This document shows positions 11,883-22,224 of a stretch of DNA of 64,000 bases, in pieces. The notes under the pieces were generated by a model. It did not search any database. It had not been told where the DNA came from and worked only from the letters and a program-made list of their open reading frames with translations. Position 1 is the first letter of the stretch. Each line of letters opens with the position of its first letter. The position numbers were made by a program, and so were the translations under genes. The stretch is from an uncultured beta proteobacterium (GTDB lineage: Bacteria; Pseudomonadota; Gammaproteobacteria; Burkholderiales; SG8-39). The stretch is from assembly GCA_903928055.1 (NCBI GenBank), contig CAIYPG010000076.1, positions 87 through 64,086 of the forward strand, written 5' to 3'.

Positions 11883-12269
11883 ATGAAGCAGATAAAACAC
11901 ACCTTGCTTCCCGCCGCAGCGCTGCTGCTGGCCCTGGCTGGCATGGCCGCCAGCGGCCCGGCGCTCGCCCAGGGGCATGGGTATCGCGGCCACGGATACT
12001 CGCACGGACCGAGCGTACGCTTCGGCTTCTCGATTGGCGGACCGATCTATCCGTACTGGGGCTACCCACGCCCGTACTACTACTATCCGCCGGCCGTCGT
12101 CGCCGTACCTGCTCCGCCCACGACCTACATCGAACAGGGTCCTGGTGCCGGTGAACCGGAAGCTTCCTCATACTGGTACTACTGCCGGGACACGCAGGCC
12201 TACTACCCCTACGTCAAGAGCTGCCCCGGTGGATGGCAGCGCGTGACGCCGCAACCGTCGCCGGGATGA
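11883..12269 (+). CDS. Secreted Pro/Tyr-rich protein with C-terminal WYYC...YYPYVxxCPGGW domain
   Basis: Signal peptide; conserved-looking two-Cys C-terminal motif. Confidence 0.75.
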   Translation: MKQIKHTLLPAAALLLALAGMAASGPALAQGHGYRGHGYSHGPSVRFGFSIGGPIYPYWGYPRPYYYYPPAVVAVPAPPTTYIEQGPGAGEPEASSYWYYCRDTQAYYPYVKSCPGGWQRVTPQPSPG

Positions 12270-12274
12270 TCGCC

Positions 12275-12811
12275 ATGAAACACATATCAAAAACACGCAA
12301 TGCCACGCTGACACTCTGCCTGGGCGCAAGCGCCCTGATGCTGGGTGCCTGCGCAACGATTCCCCCGGGGCCCAGCGTCATGGTGCTTCCCGGCACCGGC
12401 AAGTCCTTCGAACAGTTCCGCGGCGACGAGTCGTATTGCCGGCAATATGCCGACTCGCAGGTCGGCACCACCAGCAATGCCGCGGCCGAAAACAGCGGCA
12501 TCAAGAGCGCCGCAGTCGGCACGGCGATCGGCGCAGTCGCTGGCGCTGCCATCGGCGGCAGCCAGGGCGCGGGCGTCGGAGCCGGCACCGGACTGATCGT
12601 GGGCGCACTGGCAGGCTCTGGCGCGGCCAACGCGTCTTCGTATGGCGTGCAGCGCCGCTATGACTTTGCGTTTGAACAATGCATGTACGCCAAGGGCCAC
12701 AAGATTCCCAGCTCCGGCGCATTTGCCTCATCCGGCGCTGTACGACGTCCTGCCACACCGCCCCCCCCGCCTCCACCGCGGAACGCACCTCCGCCGCCGT
12801 ATGAGCCTTGA
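12275..12811 (+). CDS. Glycine-zipper lipoprotein (YMGG-like)
   Basis: Lipobox LGAC; AAVGTAIGAVAGAAIGG glycine zipper; CMYAKG; poly-Pro tail. Confidence 0.8.
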   Translation: MKHISKTRNATLTLCLGASALMLGACATIPPGPSVMVLPGTGKSFEQFRGDESYCRQYADSQVGTTSNAAAENSGIKSAAVGTAIGAVAGAAIGGSQGAGVGAGTGLIVGALAGSGAANASSYGVQRRYDFAFEQCMYAKGHKIPSSGAFASSGAVRRPATPPPPPPPRNAPPPPYEP

Positions 12812-12814
12812 GCA

Positions 12815-12880
12815 TGAACGCTGACTGAACGCTGACTGAACGCTGACTGAGCGGTGACTGTGCGCTGACCGAGCGCTGAT
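12815..12880 (+). repeat. Six tandem 11-bp units (consensus TGAACGCTGAC)
   Basis: TGAACGCTGAC x3, then TGAGCGGTGAC, TGTGCGCTGAC, CGAGCGCTGAT, in the intergenic gap before the DUF3300 gene. Confidence 0.9.
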
Positions 12881-12913
12881 CCGACTTCCAGCGAACCCAG
12901 GCAAGGAGACGCC

Positions 12914-14254
12914 ATGAACCTGACCGGCAAATCATCTGGAAAACGGCTTTCCCTCGGACTGATCATTGCTGCACTGCTGGCACCTACGACATACACACCT
13001 GTCGCGTCTGCCCAGTTGCCGCCGACACCGTACGGAACAGCATACGACTCAGCCCCGTCACAGGCGGCCTTCAGCCAGCAGGAACTCGACCGCATGCTGG
13101 CACCGATCGCACTGTATCCGGATGCGCTGCTGTCGCAGATCCTGATGGCCTCGACCTATCCTCTGGAAGTAGTGGAAGCCTCGCGCTGGTCACGTGCCCA
13201 TGCCGGCTGGCGCGGGGACGACGCGGTGCGCGCCGCAGAACGCGAAGACTGGGACCCCAGCGTGAAGTCGCTGGTTGCCTTCCCGCAGATCCTATCCATG
13301 ATGGACGAGAAGCTCGACTGGACGAAGCAATTGGGCGATGCATTTCTCGATGCCGAGCCGCTGGTCATGCAAACCGTGCAGACACTGCGCCAGCGCGCCA
13401 GCGCCGCCGGCAACCTGCAATCGGACGACCAGATCCGCGTGGCGCGCCAGGACCGCATCATCGTGATCGAGCCGGCCAATCCGCAGATTGTGTACGTGCC
13501 CTACTACGACCCGCAGGTGATCTATGGCGCCTGGTGGTGGCCGGCACCGCCGGTGTACTGGGCGCCCTGGGTCGGCTACCACGGACCACGTCCCGGCGTG
13601 CGCGTCGGCTTCTACTGGGGCAGTGGCGTGACCTTCTCGGTGAACCTGTTCTTCGGCGGATTCGACTGGCGTGAACGCCATGTGGTGCGTGATCGCTATG
13701 TTGTCGTTAATCGCACCGTCGTCGTGAACCGCACGCCGCAGGTCTGGCACCATGAACCCGATCATCGCCGGGGCGTACCCTATCGCACCGCGGCAGCACG
13801 GGAACAATTTGCAGCGCAGCGCCCGGAGGCCGGCCGCAATGAACGGAATGAACGCAGCGACCGCGGCGCATCTGCCCGCGACCAGAATCGCGCCGCGGAC
13901 TCCAGGGCCGCGCCGCAGCCACGCGCAGCAGACAACCGCCGCGATGACGCGCGCCGTGCGCCCGAGGCCGCGCCCAACCTGCGCCCAGACAATCGGGGAA
14001 ACCGCGGTGACAACGGCCGCCAGGAACGGCACGAAGGCGCCGCGACACAGGCCCGCCCTGTCGTCGCTGCGCCTTCAACACCGGGGACGGCTGCGCCGGC
14101 ACCACAAGCGCGCCATGCCCCGGACCCGCAGCCACGCGTTGCTGAACGCAGGCCCCCCGACCAGAGCAGCCGTCCTGAGAACAATCGTGCCGAAGAGCGG
14201 CGCGGAGAAGACCATCGCGGCCAGGAACGCGGCCCGCGCGAAGGTCGCGGATAA
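12914..14254 (+). CDS. DUF3300 domain protein
   Basis: LDRMLAPIALYPDALLSQILMASTYP, WDPSVKSL, IEPANPQIVYVPYYDP; low-complexity C-terminal tail. Confidence 0.88.
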   Translation: MNLTGKSSGKRLSLGLIIAALLAPTTYTPVASAQLPPTPYGTAYDSAPSQAAFSQQELDRMLAPIALYPDALLSQILMASTYPLEVVEASRWSRAHAGWRGDDAVRAAEREDWDPSVKSLVAFPQILSMMDEKLDWTKQLGDAFLDAEPLVMQTVQTLRQRASAAGNLQSDDQIRVARQDRIIVIEPANPQIVYVPYYDPQVIYGAWWWPAPPVYWAPWVGYHGPRPGVRVGFYWGSGVTFSVNLFFGGFDWRERHVVRDRYVVVNRTVVVNRTPQVWHHEPDHRRGVPYRTAAAREQFAAQRPEAGRNERNERSDRGASARDQNRAADSRAAPQPRAADNRRDDARRAPEAAPNLRPDNRGNRGDNGRQERHEGAATQARPVVAAPSTPGTAAPAPQARHAPDPQPRVAERRPPDQSSRPENNRAEERRGEDHRGQERGPREGRG

Positions 14255-14266
14255 CGGACATCCCGC

Positions 14267-14701
14267 CTAGGCGGCCTGGCGAATCCAGCGTTCCAGCGAA
14301 GCGGCATCCATGGCGCCGGATTGTCGCGCGATTTCGCGGCCATCCTTGAAGATCGCCAGTGTGGGAATGGAGCGGATGTTGAAGCGCGCCGCCAGAGTCT
14401 GCTCCGCATCGGTATTGAGCTTGGCAAGGCGATAGCGCGGCTCCAGCACCGCAGCCGCCTTCTCGAATTGCGGCGCCATCATGCGGCACGGCCCGCACCA
14501 GGGCGCCCAGAAATCCACCACCACGGGAATATCCGAACGCCCGGTCTGTGCCTCGAAGTTCGCGGCATTGAGTTCCAGCGGCTTGCCCGCAAAGAGTGCC
14601 TTGCCACAACGCCCGCAGGTGGCGCCATCGGCCAGGCGCTCCTCAGGGACGCGATTCGCCGTATCGCAGTGCGGGCAGATGACGTGCAGGGACTGGCTCA
14701 T
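14267..14701 (-). CDS. trxC: Thioredoxin 2
   Basis: N-terminal CPHC...CGRC zinc motif and WCGPC active site. Confidence 0.93.
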   Translation of the reverse strand: MSQSLHVICPHCDTANRVPEERLADGATCGRCGKALFAGKPLELNAANFEAQTGRSDIPVVVDFWAPWCGPCRMMAPQFEKAAAVLEPRYRLAKLNTDAEQTLAARFNIRSIPTLAIFKDGREIARQSGAMDAASLERWIRQAA

Positions 14702-14970
14702 GACGGAATTCCAGATTCTGATATCTGGTAAATGGGTGCAAAGCGGGCTGTTTTCAAGCCGCCGCAGACTTCGCCGGCGGGAAATCCAGATTTGCCCCGG
14801 CGCCCCCTGCACCGCCACAGCAGATCCGTGCAGAATGGCGCCTGATCAGGCCGCATCTGGCGCCCGATTGCGTGAAAGCGAACTTACGCGGTGCCATGTT
14901 GCGCAGACGACAGGCCTGCGGAGAGCGCCGGAACCCATGCTTCCGGCCACAACAAAATGGGGAGATCACC

Positions 14971-15960
14971 ATGTCCGGCACCGGTATGGCTGCACGAACC
15001 GCAACACTCACGCTGTCCCTGGCGCTTGCCCTGCTCGGCGCAGCTTCAGGTATCCGGGCCCAGGATTTTCCAAACCGCCCGATCCGCATGGTCGTGATCT
15101 ATGCCACGGGCTCAACCTCCGACCTGCACGCCCGCGTAGTCGCGCAGATCCTCACCGACAAGATCGGCCAACCGGTGGTGGTCGAAAACAGCGGCGGCGC
15201 AGGCGGTGTGATCGCCATGCGCACCGTGGCACGCTCGCAACCGCCCGGCTATTCGCTGCTGTTCACCACCAATGCCCTAGTCGGCAACCTCTACGCCTTC
15301 AGGGATCCCCAATACAAACTCGAGGATTTCACGCTGGTGGGCACCGCCGGGCAGAGCCCCTACGCCATCATGGTCAATGCCAATGTCCCGGGCAAGACGA
15401 TCCAGGAGTTCATCGCCTACGTGAAGGCCAATCCGGGCAAGCTGAATTTCGGATCTTCCGGCCCCTCCGCCGGTCCGAACATCCTGGCTGAACGGCTCAA
15501 GGCTGCGGCGGGACTGGACATGGTCATGGTGCCCTTCAAGGGCGGCGAGCCCGCAACCCAGGCACTGATGGCAGGCGACATCCATGTGTATTTCTCCACC
15601 GTGGGCGCAGTGCGCAACCGCATCCGCGGCGGACAGATCAAGACGCTGGCCGTCACCAGCGACCAGCGCGCCGACATCTTCCCCGACCTGCCGACTTTCA
15701 GGGAAGCGGGCTATCCGACGGTGACACTGGGCGTCTGGAACGGCATCTTCACCCCTGTTGCGACACCCGCGCCCTACGTGCAGAAACTCCGGGACGGCTT
15801 CGCGAAGGTCAATGCCTCGCCGGAAATGAAAAAACAACTGGAGCGCATCGAGTTCGAGCCGTGGAAGGGTTCACTGGACCAGTTCATGACCTATATCAAG
15901 GCCGAAGGCGTGGCCATCGCCGAAGACTTCAAGCGCCTGAAGATTCCGCTGCAGGACTGA
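14971..15960 (+). CDS. Tripartite tricarboxylate transporter substrate-binding protein (TctC/Bug)
   Basis: Signal peptide; FPNRPIRMVV, GQPVVVEN, VPFKGG, PDLPTFREAG. Confidence 0.9.
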   Translation: MSGTGMAARTATLTLSLALALLGAASGIRAQDFPNRPIRMVVIYATGSTSDLHARVVAQILTDKIGQPVVVENSGGAGGVIAMRTVARSQPPGYSLLFTTNALVGNLYAFRDPQYKLEDFTLVGTAGQSPYAIMVNANVPGKTIQEFIAYVKANPGKLNFGSSGPSAGPNILAERLKAAAGLDMVMVPFKGGEPATQALMAGDIHVYFSTVGAVRNRIRGGQIKTLAVTSDQRADIFPDLPTFREAGYPTVTLGVWNGIFTPVATPAPYVQKLRDGFAKVNASPEMKKQLERIEFEPWKGSLDQFMTYIKAEGVAIAEDFKRLKIPLQD

Positions 15961-15968
15961 GGCTGCAG

Positions 15969-16001
15969 GCGCAATCGCCCCGCGGCAACGGGCGATTGCG
16001 C
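15969..16001. terminator. 12-bp stem hairpin between convergent genes
   Basis: GCGCAATCGCCC-N9-GGGCGATTGCGC. Confidence 0.65.
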
Positions 16002-16020
16002 GAACCGTGTTTTCCGGTAT

Positions 16021-16842
16021 TTATTCCCCGATGTAATTCGGCTTGCGCTTTTCCAGGAAGGCCGCCACCGACTCCTTGTGGTCTTTCGACAGCCCCACGA
16101 TGGGCTGATAGTCCTGCTCCGCGCGGAAACAGGCCTCCAGCGTGTGGTAGCTGTTGAGCATCGCCGACTTGGTCAGCGCGAAGGCCAGCGGCGGCACGGC
16201 GGCGAAGCGATCAGCTGCCACAAGCGCCTTCTCCAGCGCCTTGCCCGGCTCGGTCAATTCGTGCACAAGGCCATAACGTTCGGCATCGGCCGCATTGATC
16301 TGCCGTCCGGACAACAGCAGCTCGCGCGCGCGCCCCGGACCGCAGCGCGCCGTCACCAGGTAATACATGCCCAGGTCGGGACACAGCCCGCGCAGGATCT
16401 GCGCCGCGGCAAAACGCGCATTGCTGGCCGCAACGGTGTAATCGCCGATTGCTGCAAAACTCATCCCGGCGCCGATGGCGATGCCCTCAACCGCAGTCAC
16501 AAGGGGTTTGGGCGTTTCGGCAAGCATGCGGGTCATGGTCAGATTGATTGCGGACATCGCAAAGGCGGCGCGCCGATCCATGAACCCCACGCCAGCCGCA
16601 CCCCGCTCCTTCATGCCCTTGACGTCGCCGCCGGCACTGAACGCCCCCCCGGCGCCGGTCAGGACAATCGCCTTGCATTCCTTCGCCTGGCTCAGGGCTC
16701 CCATGTGCCGGATGAAGTCCTCCTTGACCTGCTGCGACAGGGCATTCTTGCGGGCCACATTGTTGATCGTGAGGATGGCGATGCCGCCCTCCCAGCTCAG
16801 GTCAACGCTGATGACTTCTGCAGATTGCGGGTTGGCGGACAT
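16021..16842 (-). CDS. Enoyl-CoA hydratase/isomerase family protein
   Basis: LTGAGGAFSAGGD, PKPLVTAVEGIAIGAG, AFLEKRKPNY. Confidence 0.9.
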   Translation of the reverse strand: MSANPQSAEVISVDLSWEGGIAILTINNVARKNALSQQVKEDFIRHMGALSQAKECKAIVLTGAGGAFSAGGDVKGMKERGAAGVGFMDRRAAFAMSAINLTMTRMLAETPKPLVTAVEGIAIGAGMSFAAIGDYTVAASNARFAAAQILRGLCPDLGMYYLVTARCGPGRARELLLSGRQINAADAERYGLVHELTEPGKALEKALVAADRFAAVPPLAFALTKSAMLNSYHTLEACFRAEQDYQPIVGLSKDHKESVAAFLEKRKPNYIGE

Positions 16843-17197
16843 GCCTTCTCCTCAATGTAGTGTGATGGTGATCTGAACAACCGTTTTCGGGGCGACGCCG
16901 TCGCGGCCGGCAATTTTTTTCATTATGCCCGCTTTGGCTTCGGCACGAGGAAGCCTCTCCCGCCCCGCCGCCATGGCAGTCCGAGTGGTCACCATCAACA
17001 CCGATTTTTTCAATCCCGGAAAAATTGCTTTTACCTCTTGGCGAGGTTGCACCCCGTGACTTGTGCAGATCGAAGGGAACTGGGCAGCGCGGCAATTGAC
17101 ACGATTCGGGAAGGCGGTGCAGGATGCGATTCGCCACGAAAAGAGAATCATTCAACAACTCATTTGCATATAGAAAATCCCTCCAGGAGGAGGATCA

Positions 17198-18184
17198 ATG
17201 ACAATACATGAGAAGCATGGCGGTTACGGCATGGCAGCACTGCTCGCAGGCGCAGTGCTCGCACTCTCTGCCGGTACCAGCATTGCGCAGACCGCCCCAA
17301 GCTATCCGTCAAAACCGCTGACGATGATCATTCCCAATTCGCCCGGCAGCCCGGGCGATGTGCTGTTGCGCCTTATCGGACCGAAATTGACCGAGGCCTG
17401 GGGCCAGCCCGTGATCGCGGATTTTCGTCCTGGTGCAACCGGCCTGATTGCCGTCGAGGCACTGGCGAGGTCGGCACCGGACGGATACACGATGTACCAG
17501 TCGTCACTGACCACGCTGCTCGGCACATTGCTGCAGCAGAAAAACATGCTCAGCGATTTTGCGTCGGTCACGATGATTGGCGCAACACCATTTGCGATCA
17601 CCGCCAATGCCTCCGTTCCCGCGAAGAACATCGCGGAATGGATTTCCTATGCCAGGGTTCATCAGGATGAAATGGCCTATGGCTCCACCGGAAACTGGGG
17701 ATCGGCGCATCTGTGCATGGAAGCATTCAATGAACTGGCCGGCATCAAGATGCTGCACGTTCCCTACAAGGACGCATCGCTCGCCACAAACGGCCTCATC
17801 GCCGGGCAGGTGCAGGGCTACTGTGCGGCAGCGGCCAATGCGAACACCATGGCCCGAACCGGCAAGGTCCGCGTTCTCGGGGTGACGTACCTGAAGCCCA
17901 CGCGGCTCATGCCCGGCGTGACACCGGTCGCCGACACGGTGCCCGGTTTCGAGTTTCTGGGATGGTACGGGCTTCAACTGAACAAGGGCACGCCACCACA
18001 GATAGTGGACAAGCTGAATGCAGAAGTGGTGAAGGCGCTCAAGAATCCGGAGGCCAGCGAACGCATGTTGACCATCGGGATCGAACCTGCCGGCACGACG
18101 CCCGCCGAATTCACCGCTTTCGTGAAGAACGAAAACGCCCGCTTTGCGAAGATTCTCAAGGATAGAAACGCCAGGATGGAATAG
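17198..18184 (+). CDS. TctC/Bug substrate-binding protein
   Basis: YPSKPLTMIIP, WGQPVI, APDGYT, HVPYK. Confidence 0.88.
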   Translation: MTIHEKHGGYGMAALLAGAVLALSAGTSIAQTAPSYPSKPLTMIIPNSPGSPGDVLLRLIGPKLTEAWGQPVIADFRPGATGLIAVEALARSAPDGYTMYQSSLTTLLGTLLQQKNMLSDFASVTMIGATPFAITANASVPAKNIAEWISYARVHQDEMAYGSTGNWGSAHLCMEAFNELAGIKMLHVPYKDASLATNGLIAGQVQGYCAAAANANTMARTGKVRVLGVTYLKPTRLMPGVTPVADTVPGFEFLGWYGLQLNKGTPPQIVDKLNAEVVKALKNPEASERMLTIGIEPAGTTPAEFTAFVKNENARFAKILKDRNARME

Positions 18185-18302
18185 CGCGGGTGATCGTGCG
18201 CACTGCGATGCCATCCGGAGGAAGCCCAGGGTTGCATCGGTCCCGGATTGACGGGGAGCGCGCAGCGATCAGGGGCGGAGCACACATGCGATGGCCTTCA
18301 CC

Positions 18303-19733
18303 TCATCGCTCCCGCCCTGCCTCATGCACCACCTTTCGCACAGGCGACAGCAGATACTCCAGTACTGTGCGCGTGCCGAGGTTGATTTCCGCCGATACCT
18401 GCATGCCCGGCACCAGCGGATAGCGCGTGTCACCATTGACCAGTTCCTGGTCCTGCAGATGGACAATGGTGCGGAAAGCCAGCCCCGGCAGGCGTCCGGC
18501 CTGTTGCGCATCACCCCGCGGCAATGGCGCAGGTGATGCCTGCATATCGGTGGCATCCGCACTGACCTGCTTCACCCTGCCCTCGACCATCCCGTATTTC
18601 TGGAACGGGAACGCGGCCAGTTTCACCTTGACGTCCTGCCCCGCCCGGACCAGGCCCACGTCCTGATTGCCCAGCCATACTTCGGCAAAGACGCTTTCAC
18701 CCTCGGGCACAAGGGTCATGAGGATGGTGCCAGGCGCTGCGACGGTGCCGGCGGTATGCGTGGCGAGGTCCTTGACGGTACCGGCCTGCGGGGCGCGCAA
18801 TTCCAGCATTCCCTGGCGATGGCGGTGCTTGGCAAGGTCCTGCTTCAGGCGCTCGGACTGCGCGACTGCCTCAAGGCGCTCCGTCTGCAACTGGCGCCGG
18901 TAATCCGCGGTGATCTGCGCCGTCCTGCGCTCCGACTGCGCAATCAGCGCGAGGTTGCTGCGGATGACGAAGTCCTGCGCCTTCAGGTCCTGCTCGCGCT
19001 CGATCCGCTCACGCTGCTTGTCCGCCGCCATCAGGTTGCCGGCAAAGCCCTCCTTCACCAGTTTGTCATAGGCGGCTTCTGCTGCGACAAACAGGGGCAG
19101 CGTGCGTTCCAGCTTGATGCGGGCCTCGCGCGCCGCCGCGAGGTCGTTCTCGGCCTTTTCGCGCACCGCCTCTTCATGGGCCAGCGCGTTCCCGTAGGCC
19201 TGCAGGTTCGCCGCATACTGGGTCACGGCCTGCGCATGAACATCGGGCAGGTCATCCGTTTTGCGTGCCAGTGGCCGCCCGGAGAGCTGTGCGTCGATGC
19301 GACGCAGGGCGGTGGCCCGCACATGGTATTCATGCGTCAGCGTCGCCGCATCGGCATTCGAGATGACCGGGTCCATGCGCACCAGCACCTGTCCGGCCGC
19401 CACCCGCTCGCCTTCACGCACAAGAATGTCGCGGACGATGCCCTGCTCGGGCGACTGCACGATCTGCAGATAGCCGTCTGGCACGATCTTGCCCTCGGCG
19501 ACGGCGACGATGTCGAGGCGACCGAAGGCCGCCCACAACAGGACGCCGGCGAACAGGGCCAGCAGAAGGCGCAGGCACCAGCCGGCCAGGGGCGATGGCG
19601 GCCTGTCCTGGATGCGCAGGAGTGCAGGCGCAAAGTCCAGCGGATTGGCGCCGAACAGCGCGAGTGCGGTGGAAGGACCGCCGGATGAAGGTCCTCCAGA
19701 TACAGGCTGCTGGGGTGAATCGGCAATCGGCAT
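18303..19733 (-). CDS. Type I secretion membrane fusion protein (HlyD family)
   Basis: LDIVAVAEGKIVP, coiled-coil, LRAPQAGTV, AFPFQKYG, PGMQVSAEINLGTRTVLEYLLSP. Confidence 0.92.
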   Translation of the reverse strand: MPIADSPQQPVSGGPSSGGPSTALALFGANPLDFAPALLRIQDRPPSPLAGWCLRLLLALFAGVLLWAAFGRLDIVAVAEGKIVPDGYLQIVQSPEQGIVRDILVREGERVAAGQVLVRMDPVISNADAATLTHEYHVRATALRRIDAQLSGRPLARKTDDLPDVHAQAVTQYAANLQAYGNALAHEEAVREKAENDLAAAREARIKLERTLPLFVAAEAAYDKLVKEGFAGNLMAADKQRERIEREQDLKAQDFVIRSNLALIAQSERRTAQITADYRRQLQTERLEAVAQSERLKQDLAKHRHRQGMLELRAPQAGTVKDLATHTAGTVAAPGTILMTLVPEGESVFAEVWLGNQDVGLVRAGQDVKVKLAAFPFQKYGMVEGRVKQVSADATDMQASPAPLPRGDAQQAGRLPGLAFRTIVHLQDQELVNGDTRYPLVPGMQVSAEINLGTRTVLEYLLSPVRKVVHEAGRER

Positions 19734-19839
19734 GGCCAGCCCCTTATTGGATCAGATAATGATCACTTTCGTAAAATTTTCTAACTTACAAGCAAATCCA
19801 TAAAATAATTGTTATCTCATAATCCTCAGGATGCGGCTC

Positions 19840-21993
19840 TCAGGCATCACCCCGCTGTCCGTCGAGGACGCTGATGTGGGAATCATGGCGGACCTCATGG
19901 TGCGACTCCTGGCCGCCCAGCCGGAACACCTCGTCAACCTGCAGGCCGGCCGGCAGGTGGTGGGAGATGAACAGCATCGTGACCCCGCCCTTCAGCCGGT
20001 TCACGGTGCGCGCAAACTGCTCTGCCGTATGCGCATCCAGCCCGGAGGTCGCCTCGTCGAAGATCAGGATCTTCGGGCGCCGCAACACAGCGCGCGCAAT
20101 GGCGATGCGCTGCTTCTGGCCACCCGATAGTCCGACGCCCTGCTCGCCGATGACAGCGTTGTAGCCCTGCGGCAGCTTCTCGATGAAGTCGTGGATTTCC
20201 GCCACCTGGCAGGCCTTGACGATGTCGGCAAAACCCGCCGCGGGACTGGCCGCCACCAGGTTCTCGTACAAGGTGCCGGAGAACAGGCGTGTTTCCTGGG
20301 GAACAACGCCGTAATGACTGCGCAACTCATCCGCAGAGAAATGCCGGATGTCGCGGCCGTCGAGCAGGATCTGGCCACCGGTCGGCTGGCGAAAGCCGAG
20401 CAGCAGTTTCGCCAGCGTGCTCTTGCCCGATCCCGAGGGGCCGGTCAGCACGGTCAGTTTGCCGGGCTCCAGCACGAGGTTCAGGTGCTCATAGAGCATC
20501 GGTGCATCTGAGTCATAGCGAAAGCCCAGGTCACGCACCACCACCCGCCCCTCGCCTGCGCCGCTGCGCACCGGTGGCAACCCATGCGGCTCGGCAGGAG
20601 CATCCATGATGTCGCCAAGGCGCTTCATGGCGATGTTGGCCTGCTGAAATTCCTGCCACAGGCCTGCGAGTCGCAGCATGGGCTGCGACATGCGCCCGGC
20701 AAACATCTGGAACGCGACGAGCATGCCGATCGTGAAGCCGTCGTTACGCATCACCAGCAGGGCGCCGACGCACAGAACGCAGACCGTCATGCCCTGCTCC
20801 AGCGCGTTGACCACGGTATTGAAGGTGTTCGAGAGCTGGCGCGTGCCGAAACCGGCCGACAGATACGAAGCGAGGTAATCGTCGTAACGCGATCCGAGGC
20901 GCTGTTCCATCTGCAGCGACTTCACCGTCTCGATGCCAGCGATGTATTCAGTGAGGAAGGCCTGATTGCGCGCACCCAGCAGGAACTGGCGGTTCAGCCG
21001 CTCACGCAATGCCGGCGTGACCAGGATGCTCGCTGCCGCTATCAAGCCGAGAAACAACAGCGCCAGCAGCGTGAGCTGCCAGCTGTACCAGAACATGGCG
21101 GCCAGAAAAATCGCCAGGAACGGCAGGTCGAGGAGGAGAGAGACCGCCGCCCCGGCGACAAACTCACGGATGGTTTCCACGCCCCGCAACCGCGCCACCA
21201 GCGTGCCGGTGGGACGGCTCTCGAAATACGGCAGGAACAGGGCAAGCAGACGACGGAAGACCTGGCTGGAGAGCACCGCATCAACACGATTGCCGGTATG
21301 GAGGATGAGGTACTGCCGCACCCAGCCCATGCCCGCGGAAAACAACATGAACATCACCAGCCCGACTGCAATGACTGCCAGCGTGCTATGCGTCTGATGG
21401 ACAACAACCTTGTCGATGATGGTCTGGGTGAACAGGGGCGTGGCAAGTCCGATCAGTTGTATTGCCAGCGAGGCTGCGAGCACATTGCGCCACACGCCCT
21501 TGTGCTGGAGCAGTTCCGCGGCAAACCAGCGGAATCCGAACCGCCCGGTGCTCTCGGGCACGGCCGGATCCACGGCCCCTTCCTCGAAGGCCACCAGGAA
21601 GCAGTCACGCTCAAAGGTGCGCAACGCATCGGAAATTGCAACCGAGTTCGGCCGTTTGCTGCCCGCTTCGAAGTACAGCAGACGCTCGTCGTCGGCGCGC
21701 AGTATCAGCACAGGATGCGCACTGCCGGTCCCGTCGCCCACCGGTGCGCCGCTTTCAGTGCCTGCACCGGGCCTCAGGAAGCCGATGCACGAACCGGCGA
21801 AACTCTTCAGCAGGCTGCGATCGAATCGTGCCGGGCCGATGCGAAAGCCGCATGTGGCGGCCGCCTCGAACAGCGCCACCTCCGAATGCGGCGGCGGAAA
21901 ATTTCGCAGCACCTGCGCAGGATCGAAGGGCACCCTGTGCAGCCCGCACAAACTTCCCAGCAACCATAGCATCTGCTCATGCTCCAGCCGCAC
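19840..21993 (-). CDS. Type I secretion ABC transporter (HlyB-like, C39-like N-terminal domain)
   Basis: LATPLFTQTIIDKV, GPSGSGKS, LSGGQKQR, IFDEATS. Confidence 0.92.
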   Translation of the reverse strand: MRLEHEQMLWLLGSLCGLHRVPFDPAQVLRNFPPPHSEVALFEAAATCGFRIGPARFDRSLLKSFAGSCIGFLRPGAGTESGAPVGDGTGSAHPVLILRADDERLLYFEAGSKRPNSVAISDALRTFERDCFLVAFEEGAVDPAVPESTGRFGFRWFAAELLQHKGVWRNVLAASLAIQLIGLATPLFTQTIIDKVVVHQTHSTLAVIAVGLVMFMLFSAGMGWVRQYLILHTGNRVDAVLSSQVFRRLLALFLPYFESRPTGTLVARLRGVETIREFVAGAAVSLLLDLPFLAIFLAAMFWYSWQLTLLALLFLGLIAAASILVTPALRERLNRQFLLGARNQAFLTEYIAGIETVKSLQMEQRLGSRYDDYLASYLSAGFGTRQLSNTFNTVVNALEQGMTVCVLCVGALLVMRNDGFTIGMLVAFQMFAGRMSQPMLRLAGLWQEFQQANIAMKRLGDIMDAPAEPHGLPPVRSGAGEGRVVVRDLGFRYDSDAPMLYEHLNLVLEPGKLTVLTGPSGSGKSTLAKLLLGFRQPTGGQILLDGRDIRHFSADELRSHYGVVPQETRLFSGTLYENLVAASPAAGFADIVKACQVAEIHDFIEKLPQGYNAVIGEQGVGLSGGQKQRIAIARAVLRRPKILIFDEATSGLDAHTAEQFARTVNRLKGGVTMLFISHHLPAGLQVDEVFRLGGQESHHEVRHDSHISVLDGQRGDA

Positions 21994-22224
21994 CCAGCCT
22001 CCCCATAGTGCATGTCAGCATGCCGCTTCGGAAAAAACCCGCAGCTCGGGCACGCGGCCCGGCGACGGCATCCATGCAATGCTGCCAAGGTGATGGCCGC
22101 GTCATCGCGGCCTGTGCCTAATGTACGTACCGGAAACGCTTTTGAACATCACTCGAAAAGTGATGTTGGAGAAGCAACAGGGCGACCCAGGACGGATCAA
22201 CCCCTGGAAAAACCTGCGCGGCGT

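Noticed and set aside
12815-12880. Possible CRISPR array
   Set aside because: Units are 11 bp, contiguous, with no spacers and no cas genes
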